Shown one piece after another: positions 1-7,672 of a stretch of DNA of 32,000 nucleotides; positions within the stretch are counted from its first letter, which is position 1, and each line of letters starts with the position of its first letter. The notes beneath the pieces were generated by a model. That model was not told the origin of the DNA and ran no database searches. It saw only the letters and a list, made by a program, of their open reading frames with translations. The stretch is from Vibrio vulnificus CMCP6. Lineage in GTDB: Bacteria > Pseudomonadota > Gammaproteobacteria > Enterobacterales > Vibrionaceae. Location of the stretch: assembly GCF_000039765.1 (NCBI RefSeq), contig NC_004459.3:2031127-2063126 (forward strand), given 5' to 3'. A program made the translations under genes and the position numbers.

Positions 1-473
1 ATTATGAGCAAGAAGAGTACTTCAGCTTGTTTAGTTACCGAAAGCTTTTGAGGCCTTTTCTCGAGACGCATTACTGCATTGATGAACATATTGAGCGTTT
101 TAATAATCAGTCTTATCGAATTTTGAAAATACTAGAACAGGAAGGGAAGGTTGTGCGATTAAGTCCCCCTCGAATAAATAACGCTCAATTTGTTGCAGTC
201 GGAGGCACAAAAGTCACACAAGAAAAGCATAGAGTAGGCCAAGGGTATTTAGAGTCTGAGCTAGTTAGCGAAGAGCGACAATACCAAGATCAGTTGAACA
301 CTAAACTTGTTGAAATTAATGACCAAATAGTTGCGCATAAAGAACTGCTGGATCTATTTCCAGTTCATGGTGAACATTTGAACAACGAAATAGAAAAGCT
401 AGAGCGTGAAGCATTACTTACTGAATATAAGAAAGAAATTATGGGGAAGATTATTAATCAAGAGAAACGCTAA
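1..473 (+). CDS. hypothetical protein, probably 5'-truncated by the window edge
   Basis: Frame 3 is open from nt 3 to the TAA at 471-473. There is no in-frame stop before the ORF tool's TTG at 27, and no ATG or RBS there, so the gene likely starts upstream of the window. The C-terminal part is charged and heptad-like (EIEKLEREALLTEYKKEIMGK). No family recognised. Confidence 0.45.
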   Translation, partial: YEQEEYFSLFSYRKLLRPFLETHYCIDEHIERFNNQSYRILKILEQEGKVVRLSPPRINNAQFVAVGGTKVTQEKHRVGQGYLESELVSEERQYQDQLNTKLVEINDQIVAHKELLDLFPVHGEHLNNEIEKLEREALLTEYKKEIMGKIINQEKR

Positions 474-553
474 TCGTACATAAGGGTGGTTCTCGACCTG
501 CGGTCCGCACTATAGGAACTAGCACCAGGTTCGGAATTGGACTCTCTTTGTAG

Positions 554-575
554 TCATTCCCATGCGTGGGAATGA
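554..575. repeat. hairpin/palindrome tcattccca-tgcg-tgggaatga (copy 1 of a related pair)
   Basis: Perfect 9-bp stem with a 4-nt loop. It shares the core ATTCCCA-NNCG-TGGGAAT with the hairpin at 963-988. Confidence 0.7.
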
Positions 576-962
576 GCCAGCGGTTCGATAGTGATTTGTG
601 AGATGTTATGGGATCTTGCTTTAGTGTGTGGGGTAAATTTCGCAACTTTCAATAAATAAGCTTTGTTCGGCTGCAAACTCTTCGAGAATTGAGTCGACGA
701 TGTTGACGTAGTTGGAATAGCGACTGAAAAAAACGAAACATGAGTCTTCTCACTGTTGAGCATAGCGCGAACCTTGTTCATTCCGTTGTCTACATAAAAT
801 TGACCTTTGCGATCTCACTGGACGACATTTTGTCCATTAAACTTCGTCCTAGATAAAACGTTCAGTATTTCACTTGTGTCCATCTGCGGGGGTGGGGCTA
901 ACTTCTTACGGCATTGAGGCATTGCTAATTTCAGTTATCTCGAATAGATAAGAAGATATCAT

Positions 963-988
963 ACCTATTCCCAATCGTGGGAATAGGT
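963..988. repeat. hairpin/palindrome acctattccca-atcg-tgggaataggt (copy 2); possible terminator of the minus-strand gene ending at 1014
   Basis: Perfect 11-bp stem with a 4-nt loop. It sits 26 nt downstream (minus strand) of the stop of CDS 1014-1805 and has the same core as 554-575. No clean U-run follows it. Confidence 0.6.
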
Positions 989-1013
989 TATCGTGATGCA
1001 AAGTGTATTATTT

Positions 1014-1805
1014 TTAGCTTGGATGCCGTTTGTTGGTAGTTTTAGAAAACTCGCCGCGCTCTTCTAAGCGACCTTCTAAGTTAGCTTTCTTGATAAGCGT
1101 TTCTTGCAAGAGGGCAGCAGTTCGCTCAAGTTCTTTTCTCATATTCTGATTTTCAGATTTAATCTTCGCATTGTTGTCTTCTAAAATCGCGTTTTCACGC
1201 TGTAAGGCAAATGAAGAGTCTGAACTGGCTTGCAAAGTTGAGGCTCTGTTTTCAAGTACGCTCACTTCGGTTTTTAAGCGCTCATTGTCGATCTTTAGTT
1301 CACTAAGTTGCGCAGGTAGTTCTTTCAGCTCATCAAGTTTGTCTTGAAGCTCTTCGACCAGCTCACTGGATTGTAATGCTTGTAGGCGTTTCTGTTCAGA
1401 ACAGTGTTCAGCTATCTTTACTCGACTTTCTACAATACTAGCAATGTCACTCTCTACAGCTTGCCACAAAGCCGCTATGTCGAGTTTTAGTGCAGTTTCT
1501 AGCGGGCTGGAAAACCACTGGGGAACTTCTCGATTATATCGATTCGCATTAGGTTGAGCAGAATCGAGTATTTGAAATGCTATTTGAGCTTTTACATACC
1601 TCCCACCAACCGCGGCTTGTAATTGGGCTGGGTTCTCAAAACATTTTCCTTCCGCTTTTGCAGCTTCGTAAGCGTCAAGCATCACGTCGAAGGTAATGCC
1701 TTTATCGGGATCTTTGTTCGCGTTATGCATCTCTTGAATAAATTGCTGTTTAAGCTTGGTACGTAAGTCTGTAATGTAAGTGCGTTCGTTAGTTTGTATG
1801 TTCAT
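1014..1805 (-). CDS. hypothetical coiled-coil protein (island-encoded, co-transcribed with alpA-like gene)
   Basis: 263-aa ORF that starts 13 nt after the alpA-like stop. The C-terminal half has long heptad-like stretches (ELVEELQDKLDELKELPAQLSELKIDNERLKTEVSVLENR...). No enzymatic motif recognised. Confidence 0.65.
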   Translation of the reverse strand: MNIQTNERTYITDLRTKLKQQFIQEMHNANKDPDKGITFDVMLDAYEAAKAEGKCFENPAQLQAAVGGRYVKAQIAFQILDSAQPNANRYNREVPQWFSSPLETALKLDIAALWQAVESDIASIVESRVKIAEHCSEQKRLQALQSSELVEELQDKLDELKELPAQLSELKIDNERLKTEVSVLENRASTLQASSDSSFALQRENAILEDNNAKIKSENQNMRKELERTAALLQETLIKKANLEGRLEERGEFSKTTNKRHPS

Positions 1806-1818
1806 TCACTTACACCCC

Positions 1819-2025
1819 TTAGTACGGTAGCTCTGTTGTTTGTTCTTCGAGCCATCTTTCAATAGTCTCTCGTTCCCAGCCCACAATTCGCGTGCTGATT
1901 GCACGAGCTGGCGGGAGACGACCTTCTTTGCGCCAGCGCCACACAGTCACTTTACTTATATTTAGGTACGTAGCTAAGTCGCTAACTCTTATAAATTTTC
2001 TATCTATCATTTTTATTATTCTCAT
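1819..2025 (-). CDS. alpA: AlpA/MerR-like excisionase-type transcriptional regulator
   Basis: 68 aa with the typical AlpA helix-turn-helix block: IRVSDLATYLNISKVTVWRWRKEGRLPPARAISTRIVGWERETIERWL. An alternative ATG start lies at 2010. Confidence 0.8.
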   Translation of the reverse strand: MRIIKMIDRKFIRVSDLATYLNISKVTVWRWRKEGRLPPARAISTRIVGWERETIERWLEEQTTELPY

Positions 2026-2115
2026 TTTTGTTTTTATGTTTCTGTCTGATGTAATCGTATGAAAACAAACGCAAGTGTTGTAGATTAAAGAAAAGACACA
2101 ATAGGGTTTACACTG

Positions 2116-3300
2116 ATGGATAAGGTAGCTGCGGTAGTACTTGAAAAGAAACTGGAGGACAACCTTAAGAAACTTGAAGCACGATCTAGAAGTGAAAACA
2201 AAAAGCTAACTCAAAAGAAGAGTCCAAATGGTATATCTGTTATTGAAGCATTTGATGTTGATTTAGAGTTAGAAGTGTCTGAAGTGTTAATGTTAAATCT
2301 TCGTTTTCTTAAGACTTTTGCGGATCGAAAGCCGAATACCATTAAGGAGTTCGTTCGTTTTGCAGGAGGGTTGTCTGCATCAATTGATAAGCTTATTAGC
2401 TTCAGAACCCCAACATCGAATCTCTCACCAAAAGGATTACTTCAAGATCAAAACGATGAAGTTATCGAATACATTGATGTGATTGAGCAAATGCTCGTTA
2501 AAGCGAAGGGATTGACACCTCAAAGGCCATCATCTGACAATACTCAAACAAAACACACTACTTTGGCTTTACCTTTCTGTGCGCTTTGCTACAAACGAGT
2601 GAATCAGTCTCCATACTATTGTCGAGATCATCACTCTTCTAGGAGTGCTTTAGCATATAAGAAAGCCACAAGAAGATTGATTTCTGCCGTCTATCGCCAT
2701 AGTGATGATGAAGATGCGCAAAGTAAGCTAGAAGACTATAAACAAGGTAAAGAACGCTTGGATGCAAGAACTCTTTATTCTTGGCTTAACTTATTCTCAG
2801 TAGAGCCGCGATTGGTGATGTCTGAGCTACTCAAACTGGATCGAGATAATGCAGGCTGGCAAAGCTATGCTGAAGCTGTACTTACATTTACACGGGAGCA
2901 TTACCCCCATGCTTACGAGCAAATTAATGATATCGACAACATTACTTCTTGCTACGACGATTGGATTGTAAACGTTGCAAGGGTGCTAGGAGGGGACGTT
3001 GAGGCAAACTTGTGGAAAATTAAGGATGCTCTGATCTGGTTAAAGAGTGCGAATAACATTCAAAAATCGTTGACACTCCTAAACTGTATACGCAGATATG
3101 AAGCGTTTATGATAGTTAATAATTTCCCCGTTTTAAGCGGAGCGAAACAAGGCACCAATCCTAACATAGCGAAGCGTGAACAGTTGAAACAGCTATTAAA
3201 AGAAAGAGATGATGACCCATCTCTTACGATGAATGAGATTGCGAGAATATTAGGTGTGTCACGAACTGCTGTATACAAATTGAAGAATAAAATTATTTAG
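2116..3300 (+). CDS. hypothetical protein with Cys/His cluster and C-terminal helix-turn-helix (candidate island regulator or replication initiator)
   Basis: 394-aa ORF divergent from alpA. It has a central CALCYKRVNQSPYYCRDHH cluster and a C-terminal HTH-like LTMNEIARILGVSRTAVYKLKNK. Iteron-like repeats lie about 215 nt downstream. No family recognised. Confidence 0.7.
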   Translation: MDKVAAVVLEKKLEDNLKKLEARSRSENKKLTQKKSPNGISVIEAFDVDLELEVSEVLMLNLRFLKTFADRKPNTIKEFVRFAGGLSASIDKLISFRTPTSNLSPKGLLQDQNDEVIEYIDVIEQMLVKAKGLTPQRPSSDNTQTKHTTLALPFCALCYKRVNQSPYYCRDHHSSRSALAYKKATRRLISAVYRHSDDEDAQSKLEDYKQGKERLDARTLYSWLNLFSVEPRLVMSELLKLDRDNAGWQSYAEAVLTFTREHYPHAYEQINDIDNITSCYDDWIVNVARVLGGDVEANLWKIKDALIWLKSANNIQKSLTLLNCIRRYEAFMIVNNFPVLSGAKQGTNPNIAKREQLKQLLKERDDDPSLTMNEIARILGVSRTAVYKLKNKII

Positions 3301-3514
3301 CACTAGAGGGTCAACTATAATAATTTGATTGCCAAATAGGTAAATAACTAAATGTATTCATGCTGGCAAGCAGCATGATTTTTCGTGGAATAGTGTCTCT
3401 ATTAAATGCCTTGAGTTTTCTTGTTTGAATAATAATTGTTTTTATATTGTCGTTTTTATTCAATGGATTATTAATCCTTGGACCTAAATAAGGCTACATT
3501 CCCTCAAAAAAATA

Positions 3515-3577
3515 TGTTATAACCATTATGACTGTTATAACTATTATGACTGTTATAACTATTATAACGGTTATAGC
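3515..3577. repeat. iteron-like tandem repeat, 18-bp unit x3.5 (TGTTATAACYATTATGAC), equivalent to seven TTATRRC heptamers at 9-bp spacing
   Basis: Units at 3515-3532, 3533-3550 and 3551-3568, plus a partial unit at 3569-3577. Heptamers start at 3517, 3526, 3535, 3544, 3553, 3562 and 3571. An AT-rich stretch at 3420-3514 precedes them. Confidence 0.9.
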
Positions 3578-3616
3578 TTTAATATAAGGAGCAAGACTGA
3601 AAAATTAAAAACAAAT

Positions 3617-3646
3617 GAGCAAAGTTTGCTCTTGTTGATTTTTTTT
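3617..3646. terminator. bidirectional rho-independent terminator-like hairpin
   Basis: The gagcaaa-g-tttgctc hairpin (3617-3631) is preceded by aaaaattaaaaacaaa and followed by ttgttgatttttttt, so a U-run is available on both strands. Confidence 0.55.
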
Positions 3647-3921
3647 CGTTGTCGCAGAGAGCAATTGCTGTGTCGCAAAAGACAGTTTTAGTGCTTCGTG
3701 TGACACTTCTTTATTTGTTCGCACGTAGCGAAAGCTTTCGTGCAGAGACGTTTGTCTGCTTCGTCTGCAATGTAATTTTCGTGCATCAAAAAATTTCGCT
3801 TTGTAATTCAATGATTTTTTGGTTCGCTGTGGCTGTTTTCTGCTTCTAGAAAGCATTCATCCTGCCGATCGATTTGTATTGTTGTGGGGGATATAAAGGT
3901 TAAACTCAGGACTAAAATTTT

Positions 3922-3935
3922 CAGAACAGTGTTCA
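3922..3935. repeat. CAGAACAGTGTTCA palindromic motif (GAACA-G-TGTTC), copy flanking the heptamer tract on the left
   Basis: Identical 14-mer also at 1397-1410 (inside CDS 1014-1805). A 12-mer AGAACAGTGTTC copy sits at 4036-4047. Confidence 0.85.
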
Positions 3936-3959
3936 AACATAACTTGTTTTTTCATATTT

Positions 3960-4012
3960 AAAAAACAAAAAACAAAAAACAAAAAACAAAAAACAAAAAA
4001 CAAAAAACAAAA
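3960..4012. repeat. heptanucleotide microsatellite (AAAAAAC)x7 plus AAAA
   Basis: C residues at 3966, 3973, 3980, 3987, 3994, 4001 and 4008. All seven units are perfect. Confidence 0.95.
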
Positions 4013-4035
4013 TTTAATGTAGTTATGAATTTATG

Positions 4036-4047
4036 AGAACAGTGTTC
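4036..4047. repeat. AGAACAGTGTTC palindromic motif, copy flanking the heptamer tract on the right
   Basis: Same GAACA-G-TGTTC inverted repeat as at 3922-3935 and 1397-1410. Confidence 0.85.
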
Positions 4048-4160
4048 TTGATAACCGCGATAATTATTTAATCTGACCTTATCTTCACGGAATTTATTGA
4101 ATGCATATACCCCATCATTTCAAGTGATACCATATCTATTTAAGAGAGCGGTTAGCTAGG

Positions 4161-4187
4161 CTACAGAGCTGTGCTCTGTAGATTTTC
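4161..4187 (+). terminator. terminator-like hairpin ctacagagc-tgt-gctctgtag followed by attttct
   Basis: Perfect 9-bp stem with a 3-nt loop and a short T-rich tail on the plus strand. No annotated plus-strand gene ends here. Confidence 0.35.
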
Positions 4188-4547
4188 TATTAAGAGTGAA
4201 CATTGCTCTACTTCGTTAGTCAGTTAATCCTAGCTTAGATTCAAACTCTTTTTTGGACAAAACCTTGTTAGATCATCTGCCCTAATATCGATAACTCGAA
4301 TAATTTGAGGCATCATGAATGACTTACGATATCCCATCTCTAATGCATCTCTCACGCTTGATTTGGGTAGAAGCATGTATTCAAATAATCAGTTTAGTCA
4401 TCTAAAACATTCATAAATATCGACATTTTATACGCCATCACAATCCGATTTCTTTGCGGACTTATCGCGTTTTTGGAAAAAATGCACTAAAGTACTATCG
4501 TCTAATTGAGTTAGTAAAATAGTTAATACAATTCCATTTTCATATCA

Positions 4548-5855
4548 TCATATAAGATGCATAAGTAGTTCAGTGAGTATATCTTTTTTCAACTTTCCCA
4601 AGGTCTCTTCTTTTGCGTTTTCTGGAATAACCATTTGTAGCAATGAGCGTTTTAAATTTCCAATTGATTGAGGTGTTATAATCTGTTGTTCTCCTTTAAA
4701 CAATTTAACGATAGACTCAATGGCAGTATCAGGGTACTTTCTAACCATATTTAGGCTGGTGATAAGCTCTTTATCATGATGACTATAATAACCTTCAAGC
4801 CCATTTTCAGTTGCCACGGCTAACTTATATATAGACAGGGAGTTAGTAACTTTGAAGGGTAAGTTAGGCTCAAGAGCTATCTGTAATTTTTCTTGAGAAT
4901 TGTAATCAAAAAATATACCAATATCTTGGGCCTTATTTTTTATAGTAAATACTTTCCTTTCGCTAAGGTCATCTTCTACCAAATACGGATGTGATATGTT
5001 ATAAGACAAGTTTCCTCGAGCGTCGATATTGATCACATTGTAGTTACCTTTGGTATGATTACAATTGTGGCAAGCAGGTATCAGGTTATAAAAAGAAACA
5101 GCAAACATCGGAAACAGTGACTTAGGAATAAAATGATCAAGCTCAGGTCTTGCCTCATCATTTTTATCTATGACAACAACTGGAGTAAAATTCCGATTAC
5201 AATAAGGGCAAATCCTAGGCGCTACATACTTGGTCAATGAGTACGCACACCATTCCAAACTTTTTTCTCTAAACAGATCGTAATCAAACACTGCCTTACA
5301 TTCCACATAGCAGGTAATTAGCCTTTCATTAAGGTAAGGATTTAATTTTGACGCAAGAATTGTTACTGTTTTTCCAGATCTAAGATTCTTACTTTTCCTC
5401 TTATATTCACTGAGTTTTTGGCGATTTAAAGTATGTATATCTAAGTGACATTTCAATTGATAATCAATGTTATCTAAAGCTTGAATAGCATAATCTATGT
5501 TGGCATTAGTTCCAAGATGGTTGTCCAGCGCATCCCAAAATGATCTTAGTGATATAGGGCATTCAAAAGTAAGCTCAACATCAATAATTTTTCCGCTTTT
5601 TTTCTTGATACCACTAATATGAACATATTTGTGTTTAAGTTGATCTGAGATAGGTAAACTGACTAAGTCATCTTTAATTTTGTCAAAAAAACCATTAAGA
5701 ATTTTCAATAAAGTTTCAGGCGTGCCAGTTATTATTTCTTCAAAATTTCTAGATAAATAAACCGTATAGATATTTATTTGAGATGGTCGTTGATTAAAAT
5801 GCGCTTTGTGTTTTTTTATTGCATCGATAATGGTTGCATTGTTAATAAGAAACAT
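4548..5855 (-). CDS. zinc-HNH nuclease-domain protein, PtuB-like but much larger (435 aa)
   Basis: Central block at res 216-270 (nt 5046-5210): CPYCNRNF...ELDHFIPKS...NLIPACHNCNHTKGN. This gives CxxC...CxxC plus catalytic His241, Asn257 and Asn266/His267, a beta-beta-alpha-metal fold signature. The gene begins 8 nt after the upstream ATPase gene ends. The flanking ~215 aa (N-terminal) and ~165 aa (C-terminal) are unrecognised. Confidence 0.75.
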   Translation of the reverse strand: MFLINNATIIDAIKKHKAHFNQRPSQINIYTVYLSRNFEEIITGTPETLLKILNGFFDKIKDDLVSLPISDQLKHKYVHISGIKKKSGKIIDVELTFECPISLRSFWDALDNHLGTNANIDYAIQALDNIDYQLKCHLDIHTLNRQKLSEYKRKSKNLRSGKTVTILASKLNPYLNERLITCYVECKAVFDYDLFREKSLEWCAYSLTKYVAPRICPYCNRNFTPVVVIDKNDEARPELDHFIPKSLFPMFAVSFYNLIPACHNCNHTKGNYNVINIDARGNLSYNISHPYLVEDDLSERKVFTIKNKAQDIGIFFDYNSQEKLQIALEPNLPFKVTNSLSIYKLAVATENGLEGYYSHHDKELITSLNMVRKYPDTAIESIVKLFKGEQQIITPQSIGNLKRSLLQMVIPENAKEETLGKLKKDILTELLMHLI

Positions 5856-5863
5856 GATTATAT

Positions 5864-7672
5864 TTATTCATCTATTGATTTGATACGAGCTAAAAGTTGC
5901 CTTTCGTCTAAGCCTTCATCCAGAAGAGATAAAATACGCCCTTTAATAGATCTAGGATGTATTTTAACTCGATCGAGTCGGGATTGTAATTCCCTTTTTA
6001 GCAGTGGGTCTCCGACTTGATCCACTACTAACTCTATCGTTTTAATAGTTTCTAAGTTGTACTCTTCACAACTGTTAGTATCTAAATCTTCTAATTGAAC
6101 GGCTATCTTTTTTATAATATTTGCCGCATGCTCTCCGATTGAACGCTGTAAAATAAATTGAGACTTTAATATGTCATGAATATTTGCTGCAAATGTATTT
6201 ACATTGATATCATTATGATTCCCTAATGAAAGTGTCTTTTTATTTAGGATGTCAGATAAAATAAACGGAGAATGCGTAGCTAACACCACCTGAGGTTGTA
6301 CTCTCTTATTTTCGAACACTTTAATAAGTGTATTTATTAATAAGCGTTGCCACTCTGGGTGAAACGTGTGTTCAACTTCGTCAAAAATCACAATAGGCTG
6401 AATATTAGTAAAATAGTCGAGTTTCTCCTCAAGATTTCCAATGAAGTTGATGATATTCATTTCACCTGAACTCAAACCATCGATACAGACAGAGGAGAAA
6501 ATATTATCACCGCTGATCTCGTAAGTTCCTAACTCTTCTAACTCATTTCCATCAACTAGGTGTTTAAGTAAATCAAGCTTTCCAGGCTGATTGAAGGGGA
6601 TAATGATACAACCACCATAAACTTCGTTTTCTTGAAAACAATCAGAAATGAGATCTAATTTATGTCTAGTTTGGCCTACATACTTATGAAACTCAATATA
6701 ATGGCTTTGAAGGCCGAGATCTTCCAAAAAAGATTGAGCTTTATCTTGGGCATTTTTAATATTATCATTATTAATACCAAATCTAAGTATTGTAAATAAT
6801 AATGAAATGTCATCTTTGTGATATTTTAACTTAGTTCCATTAATTTGTTCTCTTTCAATGAATTTTGTAGCGAAAAGGAAAAAATAACAAATATAAAAGT
6901 AGTTAATGCTAAACTTATCATCATCTAATATTTTTCTCGTCTCCGTTTTGAGTTCTCTAAACCACTTATGTCTTATCGCATTGCCCCCAATCCCCATTGC
7001 AGATAAGTATGAACTAACCTTATTTTTAATTTCCTCATATTGCAGTACATAACTTGCGTGAGAGTTCTTGAAAATCTGTTCAAATATGTCGTAATTACCA
7101 ATACTTTCTTTAAAACTTGCGAATTGCTTTACATTGTTTGTGGTACTAGAATTTTTGAACTTATTATGTACGGGATCACCTCCAATACGATATAGGTTTC
7201 TTCCATCTATCTTTATATTTATTGGCCTGTGATTTTCATCTATTGGATTGTAATAAATGGCTTTTTTTTCTGTAAAATTAATGTTATTTGAAATTTCACC
7301 ATTCTTAAATGTGTAATCATTGTTATTAGTTATCATAACGAGATCCGAGTCACACCCAGAGTTATACCGTTCAATGATCAGAAAACCTGAGGCATTGTTC
7401 CCGTCTGAGGGGAACTCATTTAGACAAACTAAATGCGTAAGTACTTCTAAAACGTTAGATTTTCCTGAGCCGTTAGGCCCAACTATCGCACTAAAACCAT
7501 CCAAACCTGAGAGCGGATTTTTGACAGGATCGCTTGAACCAAAGTCACTGGAGGTTACAGTGACACAGTGTTGGTCAATTTGGATGTTGTAGTCGAGTGT
7601 AAAGCGAATACCTTTGTTTTGAACATTTTTATACTGATCAATCCGAAGATAAATAAGTCGGTAGTCATTCAT
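5864..7672 (-). CDS. ABC/RecF/AAA_15-type ATPase, PtuA-like (602 aa)
   Basis: Walker A GPNGSGKS (res 65-72, nt 7457-7480), signature-like LSSGE (400-404), Walker B IVIFDEVE (427-434) and ATHSP (465-469). About 330 aa are inserted between Walker A and the signature motif. Confidence 0.8.
   Translation of the reverse strand: MNDYRLIYLRIDQYKNVQNKGIRFTLDYNIQIDQHCVTVTSSDFGSSDPVKNPLSGLDGFSAIVGPNGSGKSNVLEVLTHLVCLNEFPSDGNNASGFLIIERYNSGCDSDLVMITNNNDYTFKNGEISNNINFTEKKAIYYNPIDENHRPINIKIDGRNLYRIGGDPVHNKFKNSSTTNNVKQFASFKESIGNYDIFEQIFKNSHASYVLQYEEIKNKVSSYLSAMGIGGNAIRHKWFRELKTETRKILDDDKFSINYFYICYFFLFATKFIEREQINGTKLKYHKDDISLLFTILRFGINNDNIKNAQDKAQSFLEDLGLQSHYIEFHKYVGQTRHKLDLISDCFQENEVYGGCIIIPFNQPGKLDLLKHLVDGNELEELGTYEISGDNIFSSVCIDGLSSGEMNIINFIGNLEEKLDYFTNIQPIVIFDEVEHTFHPEWQRLLINTLIKVFENKRVQPQVVLATHSPFILSDILNKKTLSLGNHNDINVNTFAANIHDILKSQFILQRSIGEHAANIIKKIAVQLEDLDTNSCEEYNLETIKTIELVVDQVGDPLLKRELQSRLDRVKIHPRSIKGRILSLLDEGLDERQLLARIKSIDE

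Noticed and set aside
554-988. Possible CRISPR repeats or integron attC sites suggested by the two similar hairpins
   Set aside because: There are only two copies, about 411 bp apart, and the interval between them is far too long for a CRISPR spacer. No cas or intI genes are present. There is no resemblance to known Vibrio CRISPR repeats or to VCR/attC core sites (GTTRRRY).
3301-7672. Retron-associated Septu (RT + msr/msd + PtuAB)
   Set aside because: No reverse-transcriptase-like ORF (no YxDD motif) occurs anywhere in the island part of the window. The repeats at 3515-4047 do not show the long a1/a2 inverted repeats expected for retron ncRNA.
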